A DNA stretch of 64,000 nucleotides, from NCBI GenBank assembly GCA_049115815.1, contig JAGDZO010000010.1, positions 180,895 through 244,894 on the forward strand. The letters are read 5' to 3'. Below, piece by piece: positions 9,277 to 17,555 of the stretch; position 1 is the first letter of the stretch; every line of letters starts with the position of its first letter. The notes below the pieces were generated by a model, which was not told the origin of the DNA, did not search any database, and saw only the letters and a list, made by a program, of their open reading frames with translations. This DNA comes from Cyclobacteriaceae bacterium. GTDB taxonomy: Bacteria > Bacteroidota > Bacteroidia > Cytophagales > Cyclobacteriaceae. The translations under genes were made by a program, and so were the position numbers.

Positions 9277-10338
9277 ATGTATAAACGTATTAATGGTATC
9301 CAACACATTGGAGTTGGAGTTTCAGATTCGGAAGTTTCTCAGAAGTGGTATCGGAAATTTATCGGGATGGATATTCCCATTTTCAATGGTGTAGCTCCTG
9401 CGCCCCTGATGGACGTTTATACGCATAATAAAACTATCACCAAGCGTGCCACAATGATTCTGAACCTTCAGGGAGGCTGTGCCATGGAGGTGGTTTGCCC
9501 AACGTCGTTTGAGCCAAAAGGGCCTGATTTTGAAACAGAATTAGGAGATATTGGCATCTATATCAACCAGATCAAGGCCAGAAATGTAGAAGAAGCTTTT
9601 CTATACTTCAAAGACAATGGTGCTAAACTGCTTTCAGACATTGTTCAAATGCCTGACGGAGGGAATACCTTTTATGTTGAAGACCCAAATAATCTGATTT
9701 TTCAGGTCATTCCGGGACAGAATTTTTATACTAAAACGGGACATATCACAGGTGGTCCGAATGGTTGCGTGATTGGTGTGTCCGATGTTGATGCGTCTTT
9801 GAAGTTATACTCAGACATCTTAGGGTATGACAAAGTTGTTTATGATGAAACAGCAGTTTTCGCAGATTTCAGAAGTTTAAATGGTGGTAACAAGACTTTT
9901 AGGAGAATTCGTTTGACGCAATCAAATCCTCCCGGCGGAGGTTTCGCCAAGGTTTCAGCGGATACCTATATCGAGTTGATTCAAGCAATGGATTACCAGC
10001 CTAAAAAGATTTTCAAAGGTCGTATCTGGGGAGATGTCGGTTTTGTTCATGTAGGACTCGATGTGAGAGGCATGAAGGCCCTAGGCGAGGAGTTAGAAGA
10101 GAAAGGATTTGGTTTCACGTGCGATACCAAGGATACTTTGGATATGGGAGGGACGACACGAGTGCACTGCACCTATATTGACGATCCTGATGGCATACTG
10201 ATCGAAATGATAGAGGTTTATAAGATTCCGATATTAGAGAAATTAGGGATTTTCTTGAATGTAGAGAAGAGAGACCCGCTCAAGCCCCTTCCAGATTTCA
10301 TGCTAAAGGCGCTGAGATTTAGTAGGATCAAGGATTGA
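9277..10338 (+). CDS. VOC (glyoxalase/bleomycin resistance/dioxygenase) superfamily protein with two VOC-like modules
   Basis: 353 aa. The N-terminal INGIQHIGVGVSD...WY pattern recurs around residue 165 (GCVIGVSDVDASLKLY). The substrate is unknown. Confidence 0.55.
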   Translation: MYKRINGIQHIGVGVSDSEVSQKWYRKFIGMDIPIFNGVAPAPLMDVYTHNKTITKRATMILNLQGGCAMEVVCPTSFEPKGPDFETELGDIGIYINQIKARNVEEAFLYFKDNGAKLLSDIVQMPDGGNTFYVEDPNNLIFQVIPGQNFYTKTGHITGGPNGCVIGVSDVDASLKLYSDILGYDKVVYDETAVFADFRSLNGGNKTFRRIRLTQSNPPGGGFAKVSADTYIELIQAMDYQPKKIFKGRIWGDVGFVHVGLDVRGMKALGEELEEKGFGFTCDTKDTLDMGGTTRVHCTYIDDPDGILIEMIEVYKIPILEKLGIFLNVEKRDPLKPLPDFMLKALRFSRIKD

Positions 10339-10419
10339 TTCAATGCTTTAACTCCTCTCCTGTAGGCGCTAATTTAAGTGAAGATTAAATCATTGTCTGG
10401 AAGGCATTCTAAGCAAAGC

Positions 10420-11964
10420 TTAAGAACGTTTTTTGCTTATTTTCTCTTTGATTACTTCAGCTACACTTCGGTTTTCTATTTTACTTTCGAGCCATGAGAT
10501 AATGTCAAAATAGACGAAAGCTCTTTTGTCATATTTACTTTCTGCGAGTTTCAGCAATTGCTCTCGTAGCTGCGCAAAAGCATCTAGTAATTGTTTCTGT
10601 GTAGTCTCTCTTGTGAGGTTTTTGAGAAACGCCAAGATGTAATGCTGGAAAGCATGCAAATCATGCTTTTTGAGTAAGAACCTATAGGTAGACCGAATGT
10701 AATATTCGATTACGTCTCTATTTCCCAATTCATAATGGGTGATGAGATTGACTATCCTCGCGAAGGAGTGAACATCTTGTCTAATATCTTCATCTTCCGA
10801 ATTGATAATACGATTGAGCCATTTCAGTGCTTGACGATAATTGGCATTTCCAAAGTACAAACAGGCGATTTTGTAAAACAAGATCAGCTCCGAATGTTTA
10901 TCGAGCAAACCGATATAACCTTCTAATCGTGTTTCAATTCGCTTCAATAGATTCACACCTTTCTGGAAGTCACCTACCATGAAATAGCCATTGAATTGGT
11001 GGGCGTAACTGTATTTAAATAACCTGATCTGAAGGTTGTCATTCAGTTTTACCAAGCGATGATCAGAGAGATTTCGCAAGCGCTTATGTGTCTCCTGAAA
11101 CTCTCGGTGAAGCATCAATCGAGACTGAGCATTGAGAAGATGGTTAAGCCCCTTGAGGTACATCTCAAAGTAATAGGTGGAGCTTGGTACCGTATCAAAT
11201 ACTGACACCCACTTGTTGGCATAGTCATAGACACGTTCAAAATCTTGTATGAAACTGTAGTAGCTCAACTGAATCTCATACCACAATAGCTTTTCTCGAG
11301 AAGAGAATTCACTTTCGTTCCATTCCGGAATCTGAGACACGAATATTTCCTTGATTTTCTGATGATCCTCTTTGTTTCGGATAAATCCAGTCTTGAGATA
11401 CATGGCATTTAACTTAGCACTCAAATTGGTAAGCTGATTTACCCTGGAGATTTTCTCATTGATCACATTAGCCTCTTCTACTACCTGACTCACCCTACGT
11501 TCGTTGTGCCTTCCTATGGAGTGAGGCAGCAGGTGTTTTTCCCATTTGAGTACTTCTAGCTTTAGTTCCAGATTGTCGCTATTTCTCATAGCCTTTTTCA
11601 CCTTATAGAGGAGTTGGTTGCTCTGTTGGTATAGACTTCTATCAAAAAGGATCTGAATGTAATCTACTTGCTCTCTGATGGCAATATCTTCATTTGAAGA
11701 GGCGGTATATTCTTTTAGACTTTGTAGTATTTTTTTGTATAAATGAGCCTTGAGGTTGCTAAACTGATTAGGGTTTATCCAATCATTTTGTTTGATGATA
11801 TCCTCTTCATTGAGCTGTTCTGCCTTATCCATCACATCAAATAGCAATAAGTACTTGGCATCATCGGCGTTTAAGCCCTTATTTCGCACTTTAAAGTACC
11901 TTTTCTCGCTTTTGCGCAAGGATTTGATCAGTGTGAACAAATGGTCGGAGCGTTCTTTAGGCAT
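10420..11964 (-). CDS. Hypothetical all-helical (TPR-like) protein
   Basis: 514-aa ORF with an ATG start and coding-like composition. I recognise no catalytic or DNA-binding motif. It is predicted to be helical repeats throughout and has no TM helix or signal peptide. Confidence 0.6.
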   Translation of the reverse strand: MPKERSDHLFTLIKSLRKSEKRYFKVRNKGLNADDAKYLLLFDVMDKAEQLNEEDIIKQNDWINPNQFSNLKAHLYKKILQSLKEYTASSNEDIAIREQVDYIQILFDRSLYQQSNQLLYKVKKAMRNSDNLELKLEVLKWEKHLLPHSIGRHNERRVSQVVEEANVINEKISRVNQLTNLSAKLNAMYLKTGFIRNKEDHQKIKEIFVSQIPEWNESEFSSREKLLWYEIQLSYYSFIQDFERVYDYANKWVSVFDTVPSSTYYFEMYLKGLNHLLNAQSRLMLHREFQETHKRLRNLSDHRLVKLNDNLQIRLFKYSYAHQFNGYFMVGDFQKGVNLLKRIETRLEGYIGLLDKHSELILFYKIACLYFGNANYRQALKWLNRIINSEDEDIRQDVHSFARIVNLITHYELGNRDVIEYYIRSTYRFLLKKHDLHAFQHYILAFLKNLTRETTQKQLLDAFAQLREQLLKLAESKYDKRAFVYFDIISWLESKIENRSVAEVIKEKISKKRS

Positions 11965-11999
11965 AGTATCAAATTAATATAATTATATTCTAATTAAGT

Positions 12000-12017
12000 C
12001 ATAATTGACGAATTATG
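12000..12017. promoter_or_regulatory. 7-4-7 inverted repeat CATAATT-gacg-AATTATG in the divergent intergenic region
   Basis: Read directly between the 514-aa gene (minus) and leuA (plus). A second palindrome, AGAGGA-c-TCCTCT, lies at 12063-12075. No function has been established. Confidence 0.3.
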
Positions 12018-12157
12018 TCATTTAGGAATCGTAATTAAAATTTTATCTGATTTTTGACTTGAAGAGGACTCCTCTACTTTCGAAGAGTAAAATTCCCCAT
12101 TAACCCAAGTAACGAAATCGGCCGAAAGGTGCGATGTGAGTACTAAAAATATAGAGC

Positions 12158-13678
12158 ATGAGCGATAAGGTATATGTGTTTGATACCACATTGAGAGACG
12201 GAGAGCAAGTACCAGGATGTCAGCTATCTACGAAAGAGAAGATCGAAGTAGCGAAAGAACTGGAAATGCTAGGAGTAGATGTGATAGAAGCGGGTTTCCC
12301 CATCTCTAGTCCAATGGACTTCAACTCGGTGATCGAAATATCAAAAGCAGTTTCTGATCCAGTTATCTGTGCCCTTACCCGATCTGTAGAGAAGGATATT
12401 GACTTTGCCGCTGACGCATTGAAATACGCCAAAAGAAAGCGGATTCATACAGGTATTGGCTCATCAGATTATCATATCAAATATAAGTTCAGAAGCGATC
12501 GAGAAAAGATATTGGAGCGCGCAATAGCAGCTACCAAATATGCGAAAAAATATGTGGAGGATGTAGAATTCTACTGCGAGGATGCGGGACGTACCGATAA
12601 TGAGTATTTGGCCAGAATGGTAGAAGCGGTGATCAAGGCTGGCGCTACGGTGGTCAATATCCCTGATACCACTGGATATTGCTTACCGGAAGAGTACGGT
12701 GCTAAAATCAAATACCTTACTGACAATGTAGTAGGAATTGAGAATGCTATCATCTCTTGCCACTGTCACAATGATCTTGGTTTGGCTACAGCCAATACAA
12801 TGGCAGGTGTGGTCAATGGGGCAAGACAAGTAGAGGTCACGATGAATGGAATAGGGGAGCGTGCAGGAAACACTTCTTTGGAGGAAGTGGCCATGATTAT
12901 CAAAACGCATAAAGGGCTTGATCTTCATACCAACATTGAGAGTAAGCACATTTATGCTCTGAGCTTATTGGTGAGCAAAATGATGCGTATGCCAGTGCAG
13001 CCCAATAAGGCGATCGTTGGTAGAAACGCTTTTGCGCACTCATCAGGTATCCATCAAGATGGCGTGATCAAGCACAGAGAAAGCTACGAGATCCTTGATC
13101 CAGAAGATGTAGGGATTCCACAGTCTTCTATCATCTTGACTGCTAGAAGTGGAAAGGCAGCCCTTAAGTATCACCTTGATAGATTAGGTTACAATCTTGA
13201 TGAAAAGAAGGTGGAAGAAGTATATGATGGCTTCTTGAAAATGGCTGATGCCAAAAAAGATGTTACTGACGAGGACTTGATCTTGTTGGTGGATGGCGCG
13301 TTACCTAAAGGAGGAATCAAGCTTCAGAACATTCAGATCGTTTGCGGAGAATCAGTATTCCCATCTGCTACCGTAGAGCTTGAGGTGAACAATGAATTGG
13401 TTCATTCATCTGCAACAGGTACAGGTTCAATAGATGCGGCTTTCAGAGCTGTGGACAATATACTGGGTGAGATATTCGATATGGACGAATTTTTGGTTCA
13501 GTCCATGGGTAATAGAAACGATGATGGCAAGGTTCATCTGAGAGTCAAGCACGCTGACCAGCATTATATGGGTTTTGGTGTTCATCAAGATATCATCATC
13601 GCCTCTGTGAGGGCTTATGTGGATGCGATTAACAAAATCGCTTCTGTCAAAAACAAACTTTTGAAGGCTTCAGCTTAA
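12158..13678 (+). CDS. leuA: 2-isopropylmalate synthase
   Basis: 506 aa with [23 protein letters not shown] and a C-terminal LeuA dimerisation/regulatory domain. Confidence 0.93.
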   Translation: MSDKVYVFDTTLRDGEQVPGCQLSTKEKIEVAKELEMLGVDVIEAGFPISSPMDFNSVIEISKAVSDPVICALTRSVEKDIDFAADALKYAKRKRIHTGIGSSDYHIKYKFRSDREKILERAIAATKYAKKYVEDVEFYCEDAGRTDNEYLARMVEAVIKAGATVVNIPDTTGYCLPEEYGAKIKYLTDNVVGIENAIISCHCHNDLGLATANTMAGVVNGARQVEVTMNGIGERAGNTSLEEVAMIIKTHKGLDLHTNIESKHIYALSLLVSKMMRMPVQPNKAIVGRNAFAHSSGIHQDGVIKHRESYEILDPEDVGIPQSSIILTARSGKAALKYHLDRLGYNLDEKKVEEVYDGFLKMADAKKDVTDEDLILLVDGALPKGGIKLQNIQIVCGESVFPSATVELEVNNELVHSSATGTGSIDAAFRAVDNILGEIFDMDEFLVQSMGNRNDDGKVHLRVKHADQHYMGFGVHQDIIIASVRAYVDAINKIASVKNKLLKASA

Positions 13679-13873
13679 TTGTTGAGATTTGATCAACTTT
13701 TGAGGTTTTCTCAGAAGGCAAATTAGAACAGTCAACCTGAACCTTTTTCAGGGTCTGATTATCGAATTGCCTATCGGAACAAAGATTCTGAACTGAAATC
13801 AGAATGGCGCGCTTCTTTTGAGATTGCCTCTTTTTTGTCTGTATTATTCATAGCCTCTGCAAAAGAATCGATC

Positions 13874-14548
13874 ATGCCTATAACCAATATCACACTTTCA
13901 TTCTTGCAAGACATTGCTGACAACAATAACCGGGAGTGGTTTGAGAATAACAAGGAAAGGTATCTGGTAGCCCAGCAGGAGATGAAATCATTTCATGGAA
14001 GTCTCGCCAACCTAATGACTTCACATGATCAGATCACTAAGGGTAGAGTGTACAGAATCTATCGCGATGTAAGATTTTCAAAGGATAAGACTCCATACAA
14101 GAACAACTGGGGTGGGGGATTCCAAAGAGAGACTCATTACTTACGAGGAGGTTACTACTATCAGATTCAGCCCGGCAACTCGTTTGCTGCAGGAGGTTTC
14201 TTTGGGCCCAATTCACAGGATTTATTGCACATTCGAAAGCAAATTCAGCAGGAGCCGGATAGACTTAAAGAATTGCTAACTGGCAAAGAGTTTGTTTCAA
14301 CATTTGGAGAACTTAAAGGTGAACAAGTAAAAACTGCCCCAAAGGGGTTTTCAAAAGATGATCCGGCTATAGAATTATTGAGATACAAACAGCTCTATGT
14401 TGAGCGTCACTTTACCGATGAGGATGTGCTTGACCCTGATTTTGGAGAAAACTTGAGTGCGGTATTCGCTAAGATGCGACCTTACTTCGACTATATGAGC
14501 GAGATTCTCACCACCGATTTGAATGGAGAGGAACTTATTACCGGCTGA
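13874..14548 (+). CDS. DUF2461 (TIGR02453-like) family protein
   Basis: The ORF track begins at 13835. I prefer the ATG at 13874 (MPITNITLSFLQDIADNNNREWFENNKERY), which matches the family N-terminus. The product is about 224 aa. Confidence 0.7.
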   Translation: MPITNITLSFLQDIADNNNREWFENNKERYLVAQQEMKSFHGSLANLMTSHDQITKGRVYRIYRDVRFSKDKTPYKNNWGGGFQRETHYLRGGYYYQIQPGNSFAAGGFFGPNSQDLLHIRKQIQQEPDRLKELLTGKEFVSTFGELKGEQVKTAPKGFSKDDPAIELLRYKQLYVERHFTDEDVLDPDFGENLSAVFAKMRPYFDYMSEILTTDLNGEELITG

Positions 14549-14572
14549 CAATAACAATTTTACCACATTACT

Positions 14573-15151
14573 ATGAAAACCATATTGATCTATCTCATCA
14601 CCACAATGATTGCATTTTCAAGCATGGCTCAAGATGAAGAGTTGCCATTCCGAGAGATTCCAGAAGCTCCAAGCGAGTTTACAGCTGAGACGGTAGTGGT
14701 TAGGATGCTTGAGGGATTGGGCTTTAGATATTACTGGGCCACAGAAGGCCTGCGACCAGAAGATCTAAGCTATCAACCCAGTAGGGAGGCAAGAACTGCG
14801 CTTGAAACTTTGGCCCATATCCACGGTCTGACTCAGTTGGTTTTTAATTGTGTCAAAGGAATTCCTCACGCTAGTGTAGGGGTGGAGGATTGGGATTTTG
14901 AAAAGCTAAGGTATGAGACATTAAAAAATCTAAAGTCAGCATCTGATTCTTTACGTTCAGGCAATCTGAAATTGAAAGACCTGCCCATCAAGTTTGAATC
15001 AAGTCAGCAAGAGTATCCTTTCTGGAACCAGATCAATGGTCCGATAGAAGATGCTGTTTGGCACACGGGTCTGATTGTTTCTTTCAGAAGGACTTCAGGA
15101 AACCCTTATAATTCTAAGGCGAGTATGTTTAGAGGGGTGCTCAGGGAGTGA
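14573..15151 (+). CDS. Secreted hypothetical protein, possibly DinB-like helical bundle
   Basis: 192 aa with an N-terminal signal-like peptide (MKTILIYLITTMIAFSSMAQ). Spaced His residues (LAHIHGL, AVWHTG) are reminiscent of the DinB superfamily, but the assignment is weak. Confidence 0.4.
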   Translation: MKTILIYLITTMIAFSSMAQDEELPFREIPEAPSEFTAETVVVRMLEGLGFRYYWATEGLRPEDLSYQPSREARTALETLAHIHGLTQLVFNCVKGIPHASVGVEDWDFEKLRYETLKNLKSASDSLRSGNLKLKDLPIKFESSQQEYPFWNQINGPIEDAVWHTGLIVSFRRTSGNPYNSKASMFRGVLRE

Positions 15152-15178
15152 AAATAGAGATAAGCGAGATGCATCTAT

Positions 15179-15207
15179 CGCGCAAGTGTTTTTCACTTGT
15201 GCGTTTT
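15179..15207 (+). terminator. Intrinsic terminator after the 14573-15151 gene
   Basis: A 10-bp stem (CGCGCAAGTG / CACTTGTGCG, one G-U pair) with a TTTTT loop, followed by TTTT. Confidence 0.6.
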
Positions 15208-15264
15208 CCATAGCATGAATAAGGTCACGAGTAACCATATTCATTGATTGAGAAGAATCCTTTA

Positions 15265-15296
15265 CCAAAAAAGCCTCACCATTGCTGGTAAGGCTT
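15265..15296 (-). terminator. Intrinsic terminator after rny
   Basis: On the minus strand: AAGCCTTACC-agcaat-GGTGAGGCTT (9 of 10 pairs), followed by TTTTTTGG. It lies 27 nt beyond the rny stop. Confidence 0.65.
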
Positions 15297-15322
15297 TCCT
15301 CAAGTAGTTTTATAAGATTGAC

Positions 15323-16882
15323 TCATTTCGCAAATGCGACAGCCCTCGTTTCTCTGATGACAGTTACTTTGATCTGACCCGGGTATTGCATTTCCTTTTC
15401 GATCTTCTGCGAGATATTGAACGAAAGCTCACTAGCACGCTGATCTGTGACATTCTCAGCATCTACCATCACTCTTAGTTCCCTACCCGCCTGGATGGCG
15501 TAGCATTTATTCACACCATCAAAAGATAGCGCAGTAGACTCAAGCTCCTTAAGACGCTTCATATACTGCTCCATGATCTCGCGGCGTGCACCCGGACGAC
15601 TACCAGAGATAGCATCACATGACTGGACAATAGGCGAGATCATACTCGTCATCTCTATCTCGTCATGGTGAGCTCCTATAGCATTGATCACTTCAGGATT
15701 TTCTTTGTACTTCTGAGCGAGCTCCATACCTATGATAGCATGCGGCTTCTCAGGCTCATCTGGCCATACCTTGCCAATATCGTGAAGGAGTCCTGCACGC
15801 TTAGCGAGTTTGGTATTAAGACCAAGTTCTGAAGCTAGTGTTGCGCATAGGTTCGCTACTTCGCGCGAATGTTGAAGTAGGTTTTGACCATAAGAAGATC
15901 TAAATCTCATTCTCCCTACTAATTTGATTAGTTCTGGATGTAGTCCATGGATTCCTAAATCAATCACCGTTCGTTCCCCGATCTCTACGATCTCTTCATT
16001 GATGTTTTTAGTAGTTTTCGCTACGATTTCCTCAATTCTAGCTGGGTGGATTCTTCCATCCTGAACCAGTCTATGGAGTGAAAGTCTTGCAATCTCCCTT
16101 CTCACAGGATCAAAACCAGAAATAATGATGGCTTCAGGGGTATCATCTACAATGATCTCAACACCTGTTGCTGCTTCAAGCGCACGGATATTTCTGCCCT
16201 CTCTACCTATTACTTTTCCTTTGATGTCATCACTTTCTATGTTGAAGATGGATACGCAATTCTCTATGGCGTGCTCAGTGGCTGTTCTTTGAATCGTCTG
16301 TAAGACGATTTTTTTAGCCTCTTTCGTGGCAGTGAGGTTGGCCTCTTCTATGATGTCTTTGATGTGCGCCGAAGCGTCTGTACGAGCCTCATCTTTGAGT
16401 GTTTGCATCAGCTGTGCTTTAGCATCATCAGCAGACAGGCTGGCTACCTTTTCAAGAATCGCTACTTGTTCGTTTTTCAGCTTCTCAAATTCCTCTTTCC
16501 TTTTCTTGACAATCTCAAGTTGAGCTTGCACATTCTCCTTCATGGATTCTAGCTCCGCCTCTGTTCTTTTGTTTTGCTCGAACTGTTTCGACAGATTAGA
16601 TTCTTTCTGTCTGAGCTTATTTTCATTGGAGATAATCTGGTTTTTCTTGCGGTTGGATTCTTCCTCAAACTCAGACTTGAGTTTCAAGTACTTTTCTTTG
16701 GCCTCCACCATTCGCTCTTTTTTGATACTTTCAGCTGTGATTTCAGCCTCTTTGAGAATCATTCTCTTCTGCTCTTCAGCTTGAAGGAGTTTCTTTTTCA
16801 CCGAACGCTTTAAGAGCACTCTATCTATGATCACACCAAGGCCTATGCCCAGTATCGCAATCAAAATGTATATTATATCCAT
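15323..16882 (-). CDS. rny: Ribonuclease Y
   Basis: 519 aa with an N-terminal TM helix, a long Glu/Lys coiled coil, a KH domain ([11 protein letters not shown]) and an HD domain (LLHDIGK, GAHH). Confidence 0.95.
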   Translation of the reverse strand: MDIIYILIAILGIGLGVIIDRVLLKRSVKKKLLQAEEQKRMILKEAEITAESIKKERMVEAKEKYLKLKSEFEEESNRKKNQIISNENKLRQKESNLSKQFEQNKRTEAELESMKENVQAQLEIVKKRKEEFEKLKNEQVAILEKVASLSADDAKAQLMQTLKDEARTDASAHIKDIIEEANLTATKEAKKIVLQTIQRTATEHAIENCVSIFNIESDDIKGKVIGREGRNIRALEAATGVEIIVDDTPEAIIISGFDPVRREIARLSLHRLVQDGRIHPARIEEIVAKTTKNINEEIVEIGERTVIDLGIHGLHPELIKLVGRMRFRSSYGQNLLQHSREVANLCATLASELGLNTKLAKRAGLLHDIGKVWPDEPEKPHAIIGMELAQKYKENPEVINAIGAHHDEIEMTSMISPIVQSCDAISGSRPGARREIMEQYMKRLKELESTALSFDGVNKCYAIQAGRELRVMVDAENVTDQRASELSFNISQKIEKEMQYPGQIKVTVIRETRAVAFAK

Positions 16883-16891
16883 TGACTATTT

Positions 16892-16914
16892 ATGTATGTG
16901 AACTTAACATACAT
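16892..16914 (-). other. Perfect 8-bp stem-loop immediately upstream of the rny start codon
   Basis: ATGTATGT-gaactta-ACATACAT read directly. It ends 10 nt from the rny ATG, inside the 80-nt zapA-rny spacer. Confidence 0.5.
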
Positions 16915-16962
16915 GACCGCTAGGATGCGGAACAATGAAGGGTGACTAGAATATGTGGAGCG

Positions 16963-17247
16963 TTAAATTGAACTCGCTATCAGTTGACTAAGGTTTTTTA
17001 TTTGGTCTATTGCCACCTCATCTGTCGATTCGGTAGTTTCTTCCTTTTTCATTTTATCAACCAAGCAATCAAAAGCGACCATAGCAAGCAAATCTTGATA
17101 GTCCTCGATACCAAATTGGTTACGATAATTTTTGATCTTTTCATTGACCATCTTACCCGCCTTTCTGATACGTTCTTCATCTTCAGGTTTTACCCTCATT
17201 GGGTATTCCCTGTTGCCTATTTTTAATTTTATTGATAAGTCTGCCAT
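16963..17247 (-). CDS. zapA: Cell division protein ZapA
   Basis: 94 aa. The N-terminal IKLKIGNREYPMRVKPEDEERIRKAGKMVNEKI matches the ZapA pattern, and it sits in the conserved pheT-zapA-rny neighbourhood. Confidence 0.8.
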   Translation of the reverse strand: MADLSIKLKIGNREYPMRVKPEDEERIRKAGKMVNEKIKNYRNQFGIEDYQDLLAMVAFDCLVDKMKKEETTESTDEVAIDQIKNLSQLIASSI

Positions 17248-17255
17248 TCGCTAAC

Positions 17256-17555
17256 TCAAGCTTCACCCAAATGAGCAATGCATTTATCTATCTCCTGAAT
17301 ATATTCGTCAAGCACTTCCTTCAAATCGCCCGCGTTATTATCGCCAACCGCCATGCTTTCTACAATTCTACTAATTTTCGTTTGATTTTGAAAGTTAGCC
17401 AGAGTAGTCTCCTTCTCTGTAAATTGAGCTTTCAATTCGCTATTCTCTTTCTTCAAAGCATCCATTTCTGAGATCATTTGAGAGTATTCATTAAGCAGGA
17501 GCTTAACTTTCCTTTCAAGGTTATTGATTTCTGATCTCAGTATATCGTTGCTCAT
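17256..17555 (-). CDS. Small coiled-coil protein, ZapB-like
   Basis: 99 aa with a heptad-rich N-terminal half (INNLERKVKLLLNEYSQMISEMDALKKENSELKAQ). It starts directly after the pheT stop and ends 8 nt before zapA. Confidence 0.6.
   Translation of the reverse strand: MSNDILRSEINNLERKVKLLLNEYSQMISEMDALKKENSELKAQFTEKETTLANFQNQTKISRIVESMAVGDNNAGDLKEVLDEYIQEIDKCIAHLGEA

Noticed and set aside
11965-12157. Leucine leader peptide, T-box or attenuator upstream of leuA.
   Set aside because: The only mini-ORF encodes MSFRNRN and has no Leu codons. I could see no terminator/antiterminator alternative pairing. Only two short DNA palindromes are present, and these are reported as weak regulatory candidates.
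15215-15244. Third hairpin (ATGAATA-16 nt-TATTCAT) between two terminators in the 171-nt gap, considered as a small RNA.
   Set aside because: It has a short 7-bp AT-rich stem with a large loop, no promoter motif and no associated U-run. The gap is adequately explained by the two convergent terminators.
16883-16962. 6S RNA (ssrS) downstream of zapA, as in E. coli.
   Set aside because: The spacer is only 80 nt, which is far too short for a roughly 180-nt 6S RNA. It contains just a single hairpin.
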